A DNA stretch of 64,000 nt from Acidobacteriota bacterium (GCA_040005235.1 JBDTZG010000027.1:1-64000), one strand, 5' to 3'; counted from the stretch's first letter, positions 10,745 through 23,239 are shown. The notes: generated from the sequence alone by a model not told the origin. Made by a program: numbers and translations.

Positions 10745-11395
10745 TTAGGCCGCGGTCCGACGGCTCTTTTCCTTGAGCAGATCGCCTTTGTAAACCCACA
10801 CCTTGACGCCGATGATGCCGAAAGTGGTGTTCGACTCGGCGAGGCCGTAATCGATGTCCGCCTTGAGCGTGTGGAGCGGCAGGCGTCCTTCCTGGTACCA
10901 CTCGGTGCGCGCGATCTCGGCGCCGCCCAAGCGACCCGCGACCATGATTTTCACGCCCTTGGCGCCGAAGCGGAACGCCGACTCCATCGCCTTCTTCATC
11001 GCGCGACGGAACGAGACGCGGCGTTCCAGCTGACCGCCGATCGATTCCGCCACCAGCTGGGCGTCGAGCTCGGGGCGCTGGATCTCCTGAATGTTGATAT
11101 GGACCTCGCGGCCCATCTCTTTCTGGAGATCGTCGCGCAGCTTGTCCACTTCCGCGCCGCGCCGGCCGATGATGATGCCCGGCCGCGACGTATAGATCGT
11201 CACCCGCAGCTTGTCGGCCGCCCGCTCGATGTCGATTTCCGAGACGCCGGCATGGCCGAGGCGTTTCTTCAACTGACGCCGAAGCTTCAGGTCCTGGTGC
11301 AGGGTGTCGGCATAGTTGGCGTCCGCGTACCAACGCGAATGCCAGGTCTTGTTATAGACGAGCCGAAACCCGTAAGGATGTGTTTTCTGGCCCAC
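10745..11395 (-). CDS. rpsC: 30S ribosomal protein S3
   Basis: [11 protein letters not shown]...RPGIIIG...[10 protein letters not shown]. Confidence 0.99.
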   Translation of the reverse strand: MGQKTHPYGFRLVYNKTWHSRWYADANYADTLHQDLKLRRQLKKRLGHAGVSEIDIERAADKLRVTIYTSRPGIIIGRRGAEVDKLRDDLQKEMGREVHINIQEIQRPELDAQLVAESIGGQLERRVSFRRAMKKAMESAFRFGAKGVKIMVAGRLGGAEIARTEWYQEGRLPLHTLKADIDYGLAESNTTFGIIGVKVWVYKGDLLKEKSRRTAA

Positions 11396-11407
11396 AGTGT
11401 CTCTCCC

Positions 11408-11800
11408 TTACCTTGAGTCTTTTCGAGCCAGGCCTGAGGCCTTGCCGTCGGCCTTCTTGGTGTCGAGCTTGGTGTCCAGCTTGATGGTGACGTGGCTCTG
11501 CCGCTTCAGGATGCGGAACGCGCGTCCCATCGGCGCCGGCTGGATGCGCTTGAGCATCGGCCCGCCGTCGACGAAAATCTCTTTGACGTAGAGCTTGTCC
11601 ACGTCGACATGGCTGTCGCGGTTCTCGGCATTGGCGATCGCCGACTTGAGCAGCTTTTCGATCGGCGCCGCCGCGCGCTTGTTGGTCGAGCGCAGCAGGT
11701 TCACCGCATCTTGTACCGCTCTGCCGCGAATCAGGTCGGCCACCAGCCGAACCTTCTGCGCCGAGCCCTGGAGAAAGCGAAGTCGAGCTGTTACTTCCAT
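11408..11800 (-). CDS. rplV: 50S ribosomal protein L22
   Basis: KVRLVADLIRG...SAIANA...MGRA..I.KR.SH. Confidence 0.99.
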   Translation of the reverse strand: MEVTARLRFLQGSAQKVRLVADLIRGRAVQDAVNLLRSTNKRAAAPIEKLLKSAIANAENRDSHVDVDKLYVKEIFVDGGPMLKRIQPAPMGRAFRILKRQSHVTIKLDTKLDTKKADGKASGLARKDSR

Positions 11801-11843
11801 GATCTCATCCCCTGTAACCGAAAGGCGCTTGCCGTACGGCGCC

Positions 11844-12131
11844 TCACTTCGGCCTGGCGCCCTTCTCCGCCTTCTTGCCGGTGTGCCCGCGGAACGTGCG
11901 GGTCATGGCGAATTCGCCCAGTTTGTGCCCGACCATGTTCTCGCTCACGTACACCGGGATGAACTTGGTCCCGTTATGCACCGCGAACGTGTGACCCACC
12001 ATGTCGGGCGTGACCGTCGAGCGTCGCGACCAGGTCTTGATCACTCGCTTGTCGCCCTTCTCGTTCATCGCCGAGACCTTGGCGAGCAGGTGGTCGTCGA
12101 TGAAATAACCTTTTTTGAGCGAACGCGCCAT
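11844..12131 (-). CDS. rpsS: 30S ribosomal protein S19
   Basis: MARSLKKG...KTWSRRS...MVGHKLGEF. Confidence 0.99.
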   Translation of the reverse strand: MARSLKKGYFIDDHLLAKVSAMNEKGDKRVIKTWSRRSTVTPDMVGHTFAVHNGTKFIPVYVSENMVGHKLGEFAMTRTFRGHTGKKAEKGARPK

Positions 12132-12156
12132 GTGTCACCGTCCTCCGGACGAATTC

Positions 12157-12984
12157 TTACTTACGATTCCTGCGCCGCACGATCATTTCGTCCGTACGCT
12201 TGTTGTTGCGTGTCTTGTAACCCTTGGTGGGCACGCCCCACGGAGTCGTCGGATGACGTCCGCCGGAGGTCTTGCCCTCGCCGCCGCCCATCGGGTGGTC
12301 GACCGGGTTCATCGTCACGCCGCGGTTGTGCGGCCGGCGACCGGTCCATCGCGTGCGCCCGGCCTTGCCGAACGACACGTTCTCGTGGTCGAGATTGCCG
12401 ACCTGGCCGATCGTGGCGAAGCACTCCACGTGGACCTTCCGGACCTCGCCCGAAGGGAGCTTCACCTGCGCCCAGGCACCGTCCCGGGCCATCAGCTGCG
12501 CTCCCGCTCCGGCAGCGCGGACCATCTGGCCGCCCTTGCCGATCTTGAGCTCGATGTTGTGGATCACCGTGCCAAGCGGAATCAACCGCAAGGGCAGGGC
12601 ATTTCCCACGTTCACTTCAGCCTTCTCGCCCGACATCACCTGCGCGCCGACCGCGAGGCCGTTCGGGCAGAGAATGTAGCGCTTCTCGCCATCCACATAG
12701 TGCAGCAGCGCAATGCGCGCCGAACGGTTCGGATCGTATTCGATCGCCGCCACTTCACCCGGGATGCCGTGCTTTTCCCGTTTGAAATCGATCGCGCGGT
12801 AACGCCGCTTATGACCGCCGCCACGCCACCAACTGGTGAGCGCACCACTATTGTTCCGGCCGCCCGTCGAGCTCTTGCCCTGGGTCAGGCTCTTTTCAGG
12901 CCGATCCCGGGTGATCTCGTCGAGCGTCAGGTGTGTCTGGAATCGGCTCGCCGCGTTGGTCGGCTTCCTTTGCTTGATCGCCAT
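12157..12984 (-). CDS. rplB: 50S ribosomal protein L2
   Basis: EYDPNRSA...[13 protein letters not shown]. Confidence 0.99.
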   Translation of the reverse strand: MAIKQRKPTNAASRFQTHLTLDEITRDRPEKSLTQGKSSTGGRNNSGALTSWWRGGGHKRRYRAIDFKREKHGIPGEVAAIEYDPNRSARIALLHYVDGEKRYILCPNGLAVGAQVMSGEKAEVNVGNALPLRLIPLGTVIHNIELKIGKGGQMVRAAGAGAQLMARDGAWAQVKLPSGEVRKVHVECFATIGQVGNLDHENVSFGKAGRTRWTGRRPHNRGVTMNPVDHPMGGGEGKTSGGRHPTTPWGVPTKGYKTRNNKRTDEMIVRRRNRK

Positions 12985-13025
12985 CTTCCGTGATTCCTTC
13001 CCTGGGCGGTTATCGAACTACCGCC

Positions 13026-13316
13026 TCAAGCACCCTCGAAGAACTCGATCGGCTTTTCGCCGTCGGCCAGCCGCACGTAAGCTTTCTTCCAGTCCGGACG
13101 CCGGCCGACCGAACGGCCCTGACGACGAACCTTCCCGTGCTGATTTGCAATGCGAACCTCAGCCACTTTGACCTTGAACTGGGCTTCGATCGCCTTCTTG
13201 ACCTGAATCTTGTTCGCGGTGACCGCGACCTCGAAGGCGACGATGTTGCGCTCTTCGCGCAGCTCGGTCGACTTCTCGGTGATCAGGGGACGGCGAATCA
13301 CATCCTGGACTCTCAT
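13026..13316 (-). CDS. rplW: 50S ribosomal protein L23
   Basis: ATG at 13316 overlaps the rplD stop; RPLITEK...ANK.QVK.A...WKKAYV. Confidence 0.97.
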   Translation of the reverse strand: MRVQDVIRRPLITEKSTELREERNIVAFEVAVTANKIQVKKAIEAQFKVKVAEVRIANQHGKVRRQGRSVGRRPDWKKAYVRLADGEKPIEFFEGA

Positions 13317-13939
13317 TTCGCGAGCACCTCCACCAGCCGGTCGAGAGCGGACGTGCTGATCACGAAGTGCCGCCGGTCCACGACGTCGTAAACATTGACC
13401 GCGAGAGCGTCCACCGTCTTCAGCTTCGGATGGTTGCGCACGGCGAGGTTGAGCTCGCGGTTTTCGTGGGTGTCGACCAGCAGGACTTTGCCCTCGAATC
13501 CGAGCTTGGCGAGCTTCGCTCCGAGATCCTTGGTCTTGTGCGAGCTGAGACCCAAGGTGTCGATCACGAAGATCTCGGACTCGGCGAGCTTCCTCGAAAG
13601 CGCCGACTTGAGCGCATTCCGCTTCTCGCGCGGCGAGATGTCCTTCTCGTAGCTGCGCGGCTGCGGACCGTGCACCGTGCCGCCATGGCGCCACTTCGGG
13701 TTGCGGATGTCGCCGGTGCGGGCCCGCCCGGTCCCCTTCTGGCGCCAGAGCTTCTTGCCCGAGCCGGAAACCTCGGAGCGATCCTTCACCTTGTGGGTGC
13801 CGCTGCGGCGAGCAGCAAGCGTAGCCACCACGACCTCGTGGATCAGGTGCTCGTTGTAGGGATAGGCGAACACCGACTCCGGCAGCTCGATCTCGCGCAC
13901 CGCCTGGTTATCGAAGTTCTTGACCGCGATCTTCATCAT
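13313..13939 (-). CDS. rplD: 50S ribosomal protein L4
   Basis: RSEVSG.GKK.WRQKGTGRAR.G...GG..HGP. Confidence 0.99.
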   Translation of the reverse strand: MMKIAVKNFDNQAVREIELPESVFAYPYNEHLIHEVVVATLAARRSGTHKVKDRSEVSGSGKKLWRQKGTGRARTGDIRNPKWRHGGTVHGPQPRSYEKDISPREKRNALKSALSRKLAESEIFVIDTLGLSSHKTKDLGAKLAKLGFEGKVLLVDTHENRELNLAVRNHPKLKTVDALAVNVYDVVDRRHFVISTSALDRLVEVLAK

Positions 13940-13968
13940 TTATGTCCTTGAGCTGGGTCCTTGGCAAA

Positions 13969-14595
13969 TCAGCCGCGCTTGGCCCGGCGAATTTGAACGT
14001 AGCTGTTGATGGCCCCGGGTACCGCACCGCGCACGTAGATCAGGTTCTTCTCGGCGTCGACTTTGACGACCAACAGGTTCTTGGTCGTGATCCGATCGCC
14101 GCCCATCCGGCCGGGAGCGCGCATTCCGGGGAAGACCCGCGACGGATAGGCCGAAGAGCCGATCGAACCGGGAGCGCGGTGATGCATCGAACCGTGGGTG
14201 TCCTTGCCGCCACCGAAACCGTGGCGCTTGATGACTCCCTGAAAACCCTTGCCCTTGCTGGTTCCGACCACATCCACGTACTCCTTTTCGGAGAACATGG
14301 AGGCCTTCACCTCGTCGCCCGGCTTCGGATCCTCGTCGGCGCCGAAATCGAACTCGGCGAGGGTGCGCGTCGGCGCAACGCCGGCCTTCTTGAAGTGGCC
14401 CGCAATGGGCTTGTTCGCCTTATACCGCTTGGCTTCCACGAGGCCGAGCTGGACCGCCTCGTAGCCGTCTTTTCCCGCCGTCCGCCGCTGGACCACCAGG
14501 CACGGACCTGCTTCGATCACGGTCACCGGAACGGCGTGGCCGTTCTCGATGTAGATCTGGGTCATGCCCAACTTTCGTCCCAACATGCCATCCAT
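13969..14595 (-). CDS. rplC: 50S ribosomal protein L3
   Basis: GRKLGMTQ...KGKGFQG.IKRH...HRAPGSIG. Confidence 0.99.
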   Translation of the reverse strand: MDGMLGRKLGMTQIYIENGHAVPVTVIEAGPCLVVQRRTAGKDGYEAVQLGLVEAKRYKANKPIAGHFKKAGVAPTRTLAEFDFGADEDPKPGDEVKASMFSEKEYVDVVGTSKGKGFQGVIKRHGFGGGKDTHGSMHHRAPGSIGSSAYPSRVFPGMRAPGRMGGDRITTKNLLVVKVDAEKNLIYVRGAVPGAINSYVQIRRAKRG

Positions 14596-14628
14596 CGCCG
14601 AGTCTCTCCTGGCCGCTTGCCGCGCCGC

Positions 14629-14946
14629 TTACTTACCGAATGCCTTGATCTCGACGTCCACACCTGCGGGCAGCTCGAGTTTCATCAGCGCGTCGACGGT
14701 CTGGCTGGTCGGTTCGAAAATATCGAGCAGCCGCTTATGGGTACGAATCTCGAACTGTTCCCGCGACTTCTTGTCGACGTGCGGAGAGCGGTTCACGGTA
14801 TAGCGCGAGATGTGCGTCGGCAGCGGGATCGGTCCCACCACGCGCGCACCGGTGCGCCGTGCCGTATCCAGGATCTCGTGCGTCGAGGTGTCCAGGATGC
14901 GGTAGTCGAAAGCCTTCAGGCGGATCCGAATCTTTTCGTTGACCAT
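14629..14946 (-). CDS. rpsJ: 30S ribosomal protein S10
   Basis: IRIRLKAFD...GPIPLP...[14 protein letters not shown]. Confidence 0.99.
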   Translation of the reverse strand: MVNEKIRIRLKAFDYRILDTSTHEILDTARRTGARVVGPIPLPTHISRYTVNRSPHVDKKSREQFEIRTHKRLLDIFEPTSQTVDALMKLELPAGVDVEIKAFGK

Positions 14947-14982
14947 TGTCTGTTCTTTCCGTTCCGTCCGTTGCGGGTCGGT

Positions 14983-16188
<1,206 letters not shown>

Positions 16189-16282
16189 GGCGCCCGAATC
16201 CTCTCTCGACTCTCTGCTATCGCTCTAAAACCGGAATCTCGTTCGAAGTCTCGACTCGTAACTCGTTCTTGCTCTCGAAGCC

Positions 16283-18364
16283 CTAGCCTGCCGCCTTCGC
16301 CACAACCTCTTCGGCGACCGCCTTCGGCGCCTGCTCGTAGCTCGCGAACTGCATGCTGTAGTTGGCGCGCCCCTGGGACATCGACCGCAAGTCGGTCGAG
16401 TAACCGAACATCTCCGAAAGGGGTACCCGCGCCTCGATCACCTGGGCGTTGCCGCGCGCTTCCATCGACTGGATGCGACCGCGGCGCGAGGTGATGTCAC
16501 CGATCACGTCGCCCATATAGGTGTCCGGGGTCACCACCTCGACCGCCATCACCGGCTCGAGCAAAACCGGACGCGCCCGTTTGAGGGCATCCTGGAGCGC
16601 CATCGATCCGGCGATCTTGAAGGCGATTTCGGACGAGTCCACGTCGTGGTACGAACCGAAGATCAAATCGACTTCGAGCCCGACCAACGGGAACCCGGCG
16701 AGCGGTCCCGTCGAGGCCGCCTCGTGGATGCCCTGGTCGACCGGCTTGATGTACTCCTTCGGGATCACGCCGCCGACGATCTTGTTGTTGAACACGTAGT
16801 CTTTTTCGCCCGGACGGATGGTGATCTTCGCGTGGCCGTACTGGCCGCGACCGCCGGTCTGACGAACGAAGCGTGCCTCGCCCGTAGCCTCGGCCGTGAT
16901 CGCCTCTTTATAAGCGACCTGCGGCTTGCCGACGTTGGCGCTGACGTTGAACTCGCGCACCAGGCGATCGACGATGATCTCCAGATGCAGCTCGCCCATG
17001 CCCGAGATCAGGGTCTGGCCGGTGTCCTTCTCGGTGTGGACGCGGAAGGTCGGGTCTTCCTGCATCAGCTTGCCGAGCGCCATGCCCATCTTTTCCTGGT
17101 CGGCTTTGGTCTTCGGCTCGATCGAGACCGAAATGACCGGCTCGGGAAAGTTCATCGCTTCGAGCACGACCGGATGCTTCTGATCGCAGATCGTGTCGCC
17201 GGTGGTGACGTTCTTCAAGCCGACCGCCGCCGCGATATCACCCGCCCACACTTCGGAGATTTCCTCGCGCTTGTTGGCGTGCATCTTCAAGAGCCGGCCG
17301 ATCCGATCGCTGGTGCCCTTCTTCGCGTTGAGCACCGAGGTTCCCGATTCGACGCGTCCCGAATAGACGCGGAAGAAGGTGAGCTGGCCGACGTACGGAT
17401 CGGTCATGATCTTAAAGATCAAACCCGCGAACGGCTCATCGTCGGCCGCGCGGCGCGAGGTCGGCTGATCGGTCCCCGGATCGATGCCCTCGATCGCCGG
17501 TACGTCGAGCGGCGAGGGGAGCAGATCCACCACCGCGTCGAGCAGAGGCTGAACACCCTTGTTTTTGAATGCACTGCCGCAGACCACTGGATGAAGCTTG
17601 CCTTCGAGCACCGCTTTGCGAAGAGCAACCTTGAGCTCGGAGACCGAGATCGCCTCGCCGCCTAAGTACTTCTCCAGCAAAGCATCGTCGGTCTCGGAGA
17701 TCGCTTCGACCATCTTCTCGCGCGATTCGATCGCATAGTCGCGATCCTCTGCGTCGAGCGTGTCGATGCCAACGATCTCGTAGTCGGCACCCATGGCCTC
17801 GTCTTTATAAAGGATGCCGCGCAGCTCGATGAGATCGATGATCCCCTTGAGCTTGTCTTCCTTTCCCCAAGGAAGCTGGATCGGAACCGGACGCGCGCCG
17901 AGGCGCGAGACCATCATCGAAACGCAACGCTCAAAATCGGCGCCGACGCGGTCCATCTTGTTGACGAACGCGATGCGCGGGACGTTGTAGCGATCGGCCT
18001 GGCGCCAGACGGTCTCGGACTGGGGCTCGACGCCCGCGACCGCATCGAACACGGCGACCGCGCCATCGAGAACGCGAAGCGAGCGCTCCACCTCGGCCGT
18101 GAAGTCGACGTGACCGGGCGTGTCGATGATGTTGATCCGGTGGCCCTTCCAGAAGCAGGTCGTCGCGGCGGACGTAATGGTGATGCCGCGCTCCTGCTCT
18201 TGCACCATCCAGTCCATGGTGGCCGTTCCCTCATGAACCTCACCGATCTTGTAGTTGACCCCGGTGTAGAAAAGGATCCGCTCGGTGGTGGTCGTCTTAC
18301 CGGCATCGATGTGGGCCATGATGCCGATGTTTCGCGTGTCTTTGAGGGGTGATTGCCTGGCCAT
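16283..18364 (-). CDS. fusA: elongation factor G
   Basis: [31 protein letters not shown]. Confidence 0.99.
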   Translation of the reverse strand: MARQSPLKDTRNIGIMAHIDAGKTTTTERILFYTGVNYKIGEVHEGTATMDWMVQEQERGITITSAATTCFWKGHRINIIDTPGHVDFTAEVERSLRVLDGAVAVFDAVAGVEPQSETVWRQADRYNVPRIAFVNKMDRVGADFERCVSMMVSRLGARPVPIQLPWGKEDKLKGIIDLIELRGILYKDEAMGADYEIVGIDTLDAEDRDYAIESREKMVEAISETDDALLEKYLGGEAISVSELKVALRKAVLEGKLHPVVCGSAFKNKGVQPLLDAVVDLLPSPLDVPAIEGIDPGTDQPTSRRAADDEPFAGLIFKIMTDPYVGQLTFFRVYSGRVESGTSVLNAKKGTSDRIGRLLKMHANKREEISEVWAGDIAAAVGLKNVTTGDTICDQKHPVVLEAMNFPEPVISVSIEPKTKADQEKMGMALGKLMQEDPTFRVHTEKDTGQTLISGMGELHLEIIVDRLVREFNVSANVGKPQVAYKEAITAEATGEARFVRQTGGRGQYGHAKITIRPGEKDYVFNNKIVGGVIPKEYIKPVDQGIHEAASTGPLAGFPLVGLEVDLIFGSYHDVDSSEIAFKIAGSMALQDALKRARPVLLEPVMAVEVVTPDTYMGDVIGDITSRRGRIQSMEARGNAQVIEARVPLSEMFGYSTDLRSMSQGRANYSMQFASYEQAPKAVAEEVVAKAAG

Positions 18365-18452
18365 GATTTCGACTGCCTCTGCGATCTACCTTACGAGTTC
18401 GGTTACGGGCTGCAGCGTTTCGGTCGCGACTTGACGAATCGGGTCGCGCGGA

Positions 18453-18923
18453 CTACCAGCGGTAATGGGCGAAGGCTTTGTTCGCCTCGGCCATACGGTG
18501 CGTGTCTTCGCGCTTCTTGATCGCGGTGCCGCGCCCTTCGGCGGCGTCCATCAGCTCCGCCGCGAGGCGGGCGCGCATGGTCTTTTCGCCCCGCGCCTGA
18601 GCGGTCGCGATCAACCAACGCATCGAAAGGGCCAGGCGACGGGCCGGCCGCACTTCGACGGGTACCTGATAGGTCGAACCGCCGACGCGGCGCGATTTGA
18701 CCTCGACCGAAGGCTTGACGTTCTCGACCGCCTTCTTGAACACCTTCATCGGATCGTCGCCGGTCTTTTCCCGGATCGCGTCCAGGGCGGCGTACAAAAT
18801 GCGCTCGGCGGTGGTCTTCTTACCGTCGCGCATGACGACGTTGACGAACTTGGTCACCAGCTGCGAGTTGTACAAGGGATCCGGCAGGATCTCTCGCTTG
18901 GGTACTTCTCTGCGCCTCGGCAT
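18453..18923 (-). CDS. rpsG: 30S ribosomal protein S7
   Basis: MPRR...[12 protein letters not shown]...[12 protein letters not shown]. Confidence 0.99.
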   Translation of the reverse strand: MPRRREVPKREILPDPLYNSQLVTKFVNVVMRDGKKTTAERILYAALDAIREKTGDDPMKVFKKAVENVKPSVEVKSRRVGGSTYQVPVEVRPARRLALSMRWLIATAQARGEKTMRARLAAELMDAAEGRGTAIKKREDTHRMAEANKAFAHYRW

Positions 18924-18970
18924 TGTTTCGTGTTCCTCTGGCCGTGTTCTCTAGCTCTAGATCGGAGAAG

Positions 18971-19345
18971 TTACGACTTCGGCCGCTTGGTGCCGTACTT
19001 GGAGCGGCTCTGTTTGCGGCCGTTGACGCCGACGGCGTCCAGCGTGCCGCGGACGACGTGGTAACGCACGCCCGGGAGATCCTTCACTCGGCCGCCGCGG
19101 ATGAGCACGATCGAGTGCTCCTGCAGGTTGTGGCCGACGCCCGGGATGTAGGTGGTCACCTCGATGCCGTTGGTCAACCGCACGCGAGCCACCTTGCGCA
19201 GCGCGGAGTTCGGCTTCTTCGGCGTCTGGGTATAGACGCGGACACAGACGCCCCGCTTCTGAGGGGACCCCTGAAGGGCCGGAGCTTTCGTCTTGTAGAC
19301 GACCTTCTCGCGCCCCTTGCGCACCAACTGATGAATCGTAGGCAT
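18971..19345 (-). CDS. rpsL: 30S ribosomal protein S12
   Basis: [10 protein letters not shown]...[12 protein letters not shown]. Confidence 0.99.
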   Translation of the reverse strand: MPTIHQLVRKGREKVVYKTKAPALQGSPQKRGVCVRVYTQTPKKPNSALRKVARVRLTNGIEVTTYIPGVGHNLQEHSIVLIRGGRVKDLPGVRYHVVRGTLDAVGVNGRKQSRSKYGTKRPKS

Positions 19346-19581
19346 ACCGTTCCAATCTCCGTCGTATGTCCTGTTCCAAAATTCCCTATGGCCGTTACGG
19401 AGCGAGACGGGCCATCAGCCGCCAAAAGCTGGCAGCGAGACCCTGAGGAACCGCTCCTCACGATGTCCCGAGCGAGGAAGTGCGGCTCGGGAACTTGTCT
19501 TTAACTCTCGCGGGGAAATCCCCGCGGAGAAGACTCCGCCCCGGTCCCGGGAGGGACCCTCGGCGGCTGGGAAACCCGCGT

Positions 19582-19610
19582 ACCTTACCCGAAGGTGCCA
19601 GACCCGTCAA
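19582..19610 (-). promoter_or_regulatory. sigma70-type promoter of the str superoperon
   Basis: TTGACG-17 nt-TAAGGT on the minus strand, about 235 nt upstream of rpsL. Confidence 0.65.
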
Positions 19611-19705
19611 GAGACGGTTCGAGCAGCCGGACGGGAACCAGTTCGGCGGTGAGGCGCAAGATAGCGCATCGGGACCTGAAGGGGAAGGGGGTTAGAGAAG
19701 TTCGC

Positions 19706-20617
19706 TCATTCCGGCCCCCACCGCCCAAAGAGAGCGGTCGGCAGCACCCGGCCGGTCGCCCGTTCCGCCAGGCAGATCTCGCCGCTCTCGATGGTTCCTC
19801 CCAGCCCTCCGAGCGTCTCTAGAAGCAGGTAGTGCAGGCTCGCAAACGAGGCGCGGATGGCGTAGGTGGTGAGCACAAGGAAGAGAGCCTCGGGCGCAAG
19901 AAGCTGGCGGCAGAGCGCGAGAACCTCGGGGAGGTCGTCGAAAAGCTTCCAGACCTGCCCCTGATCGCCGCGGCCGAATTTCGGCGGGTCGAGGAAAATG
20001 CCGTCGTAGCTCCTGCCGCGGCGGACCTCGCGACGCAGGAACGCGACCACGTCTTCCGCGATCCAGCGGATCGACCGCTCGTCGAGCCCTGAGAGCGCCT
20101 GGTTCTCTTTCGCCCATGCGATCGCCTTCTTCGACGCGTCGACGTGAGTGACCTCCGCCCCGGCGAGCGCTGCGGCGATCGACGCCGCTCCGGTGTAGGC
20201 GAACAGATTGAGAACGCGCGGCGCGCGGCCGGTCGCCCGGGCGGCGGCAATTCTCTTTGCCGCCCAATCCCAATGGCTCGCCTGCTCGGGAAAGAGGCCC
20301 AGATGACGAAAGGGCGTAAGACGCGCCGCGAGCACTACACCCCCCGCCCGGCCCGGATACGAGATCGGCCAGCTCTCGGGCAGCGGTTTCGGGCTGCGCC
20401 AGTTCCCCGAGTCCTCCGCGCTTCCGGCCTCGAAGATCGCATCCGCGGCAAGCCATTCGCGCTCCGGCAGCGACCGCCGCCACATCGCCTGCGGCTCAGG
20501 GCGGATCACCCGGACCGCACCGTAGCGTTCGAGCTTGGCGCCCGCGCCGCTGTCGAGCAGGGCGTAGTCGGTCCAGGCCGCGGCGACCAGGAGGCGGCAT
20601 TCAGGGTTTTTCGGCAT
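19706..20617 (-). CDS. class I SAM-dependent methyltransferase (RlmI/RlmK-like)
   Basis: VLNLFAYTG, VTHVDAS, FLDPPKFG. Confidence 0.88.
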   Translation of the reverse strand: MPKNPECRLLVAAAWTDYALLDSGAGAKLERYGAVRVIRPEPQAMWRRSLPEREWLAADAIFEAGSAEDSGNWRSPKPLPESWPISYPGRAGGVVLAARLTPFRHLGLFPEQASHWDWAAKRIAAARATGRAPRVLNLFAYTGAASIAAALAGAEVTHVDASKKAIAWAKENQALSGLDERSIRWIAEDVVAFLRREVRRGRSYDGIFLDPPKFGRGDQGQVWKLFDDLPEVLALCRQLLAPEALFLVLTTYAIRASFASLHYLLLETLGGLGGTIESGEICLAERATGRVLPTALFGRWGPE

Positions 20618-20688
20618 CGGCCGGGATTCTAGCCCGACCGCTATGGGCCTCGCTTCGCGGCCGGAGACCTGATAGAAACCGCCGCACC

Positions 20689-21648
20689 ATGACCCAAATC
20701 GGATCTAGTTCTCGCCGTCAGGCGATCTGCCCTTGGCTTGCCTTCGCTTTCTTCTCCGTTATTTTTTCCGCCTGTGGAGGCAGCGGCTCTTCGGAGCCCG
20801 CCACTCCGGCGGGTCAGGTCGCCGCGGCAACGACTTCCGAGATCGGCTCTACCGATGCGACCAATGGCCCCCGGCGCCATATCTCGCGCTCCGGCCGCAC
20901 CGCTTCGGAGCGCGGGCACTTGCGCTTCAGCTACGCCAAGGTCACCAATCCGGACCACGTCGAGCTCAAGAAGATCTTCCACGACGAACGTTACTTCGAA
21001 GAGGTGGTGGAGGATCTCGACAAGACGTTGGTCCTGCCGCGCAATCTCGACGTCAAGCTGCAGGAATGCGGTGAAGTGAACGCCTTCTACGACCCCGAGG
21101 ACAAAGCGGTCCATCTTTGCTACGAGCTGCTCGACCATTTCCTGGAGATCTTCGGCACAGACGCCAAGACCGACGAGGAGAACGAAGAGGCGGCAGGCAA
21201 GGCGATCGCCGCCCTGACCTTTGTCTTCTACCACGAGCTGGGGCACGCGCTGATCGATCTATACGACCTCCCGGTTACCGGTAAAGAGGAAGATGCCGTC
21301 GACCAGCTCGCCACCGTGATGCTGCTCGAAACCTGGGATGGCGAGGAAAGCGAGCTCGCCCTTACCGCGAGCGCCGAATGGTTCGACTCCTCCGCCGCGG
21401 AGCGCGAAGAGGACCCCGACATGGCCGACGAGCACGCCTTGGACGAGCAGCGCTATTACAACCTTCTCTGTTGGACCTACGGCAGCGACCCCGACTACTT
21501 CAAGGACCAGCTGGAAGACTGGCAACTCCCGGAAGAGCGCGCCGAACGCTGCCCCGAGGAGTACCAGAAGATGTCGCGCTCCTGGGACCAGCTCCTCGGT
21601 CCGCACATGGTGGAGGTGCCGGAGGATGAGGAGACTCCGGCGTCGTAG
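20689..21648 (+). CDS. DUF4344-family putative metallopeptidase lipoprotein
   Basis: Lipobox FSAC; CGEVNAFYDP, LCYEL, HELGHAL, GKEEDAVD, QRYYNLLCW.YG. Confidence 0.85.
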   Translation: MTQIGSSSRRQAICPWLAFAFFSVIFSACGGSGSSEPATPAGQVAAATTSEIGSTDATNGPRRHISRSGRTASERGHLRFSYAKVTNPDHVELKKIFHDERYFEEVVEDLDKTLVLPRNLDVKLQECGEVNAFYDPEDKAVHLCYELLDHFLEIFGTDAKTDEENEEAAGKAIAALTFVFYHELGHALIDLYDLPVTGKEEDAVDQLATVMLLETWDGEESELALTASAEWFDSSAAEREEDPDMADEHALDEQRYYNLLCWTYGSDPDYFKDQLEDWQLPEERAERCPEEYQKMSRSWDQLLGPHMVEVPEDEETPAS

Positions 21649-21693
21649 AGAGGCGAGGCGGCTCGGAAACGAAGAAACCGCTATTCTTCCTCA

Positions 21694-22611
21694 ATGCCCT
21701 CCACTCTCGTCAAAATTGCCCGTAGGATCGGCATAGCGGCGCTCTCAATCGTCGGGGCCGCGGGCTTGCTGGAGCTGGTCGCCGCGATCCGGGTCCATCG
21801 GTTGCGAGATGAGCGCTCGGACCTCGGCGACCGATTGTTCGCCGAGATCCGTGGCGAGGGCGAGCCGGTTGTGTTCATCGCCGGGCTGCCGGCCACCACG
21901 TGGTTCTGGCAGGGGGCATTCGATCCTCTGGCCGCGGGGCATCGTCTGATCTTCGTCGATGCGCTCGGTTTCGGCCGGTCGCCGTTCCCGAATGGGGACT
22001 ACACCCTCGACGACCAACTCGGCGCCCTGCGGCGAACGCTCGTCGCGGCGGGTGCCACCCGGCACGTGACGTTCGTCGCACACTCGTTCGGCACGGTACT
22101 CGCGGCCTATTACGCGGCGCGTTACCCCGGCGAGGTCGATCGATTGTTCCTGCTCGGAACGCCGGTCTTCGACGACGAGGCCGAGGGGCGGGCGCACATC
22201 CGCGAGATGTCGTCCATGTCGGGGCTGTTCGTGCTCAATCCACTGCTCGCCCGGGAAGCCTGCAAATTTCATGAGGCGCTCGCCTCTCCCGTTCTGGCGC
22301 GGCTGGTGGCGGCCTCTATGCCCGATAGTCCGCCGGAACTCGCGAGCGAAGCCATGAAACACACCTGGCGGTCGTTCCGCGGCAGTCTGGACATCCTGCT
22401 GCACCGGCCGATCGCGACTCCGCTCGCGGAGATCGGATCTAAGGTCACTTTCGTCCAAGGGCGGCAGGATCGCGTCACCTCGCTCGGGCGAATCCGCACC
22501 CTCGCCGCGGCGATCGGCGCCAGGGTTCTCGCCACGGACGACGAGCACCTCACCTATCCGCGGCGCAGCGCGGGTCGGATTCGGGCGGCGATCGGGCTGG
22601 CGGAGCCCTGA
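21694..22611 (+). CDS. alpha/beta-fold hydrolase
   Basis: DALGFGRS, AHSFG nucleophile elbow, G.QD, C-terminal His; N-terminal TM segment. Confidence 0.85.
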   Translation: MPSTLVKIARRIGIAALSIVGAAGLLELVAAIRVHRLRDERSDLGDRLFAEIRGEGEPVVFIAGLPATTWFWQGAFDPLAAGHRLIFVDALGFGRSPFPNGDYTLDDQLGALRRTLVAAGATRHVTFVAHSFGTVLAAYYAARYPGEVDRLFLLGTPVFDDEAEGRAHIREMSSMSGLFVLNPLLAREACKFHEALASPVLARLVAASMPDSPPELASEAMKHTWRSFRGSLDILLHRPIATPLAEIGSKVTFVQGRQDRVTSLGRIRTLAAAIGARVLATDDEHLTYPRRSAGRIRAAIGLAEP

Positions 22612-22640
22612 TCGCAGCCACGACAACTTTTGTTCACACC

Positions 22641-22669
22641 TTGAAATGTCTATTTTTTGGCCTTACTCT
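22641..22669 (+). promoter_or_regulatory. sigma70-type promoter
   Basis: TTGAAA-17 nt-TACTCT in an AT-rich spacer upstream of the Cys-rich peptide gene. Confidence 0.55.
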
Positions 22670-22699
22670 GTCGCTCTCTCTCACAAAGGAGAAGTGACA

Positions 22700-22987
22700 A
22701 TGACGCGACGCGTTGCAGTCCTCGGGTTGCTCCTGCTTTCGATCCCGCTCTCGCTTTTGGCGGCCGAAACCAACACATCCACCAAGAAGGATCCGCAAAG
22801 CGAGAAGCGAGGAGGAGCAGTGACCCTTCAGCAGCTTTTCGGCGACCAAGCTGAATCGGGAACGTGCTGCATCACTTGCTCAAGCGGAAGCCACTGGACG
22901 CTCCCGGTTGAATCCGTCGATGAATGCCTCGCGACCTGCGAAATAATCTGCGGCGGCCCTTGCGTTGAGGGCGGGGGCTGTTTCTAG
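22700..22987 (+). CDS. small secreted cysteine-rich protein (95 aa, 8 Cys)
   Basis: AAGGAG RBS and ATG at 22700; signal peptide; C-terminal CC-x2-C...C-x3-C-x3-C-x3-C-x5-C. Confidence 0.75.
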   Translation: MTRRVAVLGLLLLSIPLSLLAAETNTSTKKDPQSEKRGGAVTLQQLFGDQAESGTCCITCSSGSHWTLPVESVDECLATCEIICGGPCVEGGGCF

Positions 22988-23125
22988 GCCGCCCGGAACG
23001 CCGGCCCGAAGATGTCGCCGAATCCTGCCCTGTGCTCCACCAACTGGCCGATCGTGACCTTTCGCGCGACGGCGGCGTTCGGGTACTTGGGCAGGACCTC
23101 GATCAACTTGTCGTCGAGCAGGAGA
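22984..23125 (-). pseudogene. internal fragment of a beta-lactamase-family serine hydrolase
   Basis: LLDDKLIEVLPKYPNAAVARKVTIGQLVEHRAGFGDIFGPAF* resembles the LDD..YLP.YP...VTI.QLL.H.AG segment of this family; no SxxK region or plausible start. Confidence 0.6.
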
Positions 23126-23239
23126 CTCGCCCTCCTGGCAAAGCCGGGCGATAGCCTTCTTGGTGAAGATCGGGGTTCTCTACCTCGCGGTAGGCGGCAC
23201 ACCCAGCCCACGCAGGAGGCGTGCAAAGTTCCCCGATCT

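Noticed and set aside
18971-19345. Streptomycin-resistance substitutions in S12
   Set aside because: The PKKPNSA and RVKDLPG motifs are wild type.
22700-22987. RiPP (ranthipeptide or lanthipeptide) cluster
   Set aside because: The peptide has a Sec-type signal and no modifying enzymes or peptide exporter lie nearby.
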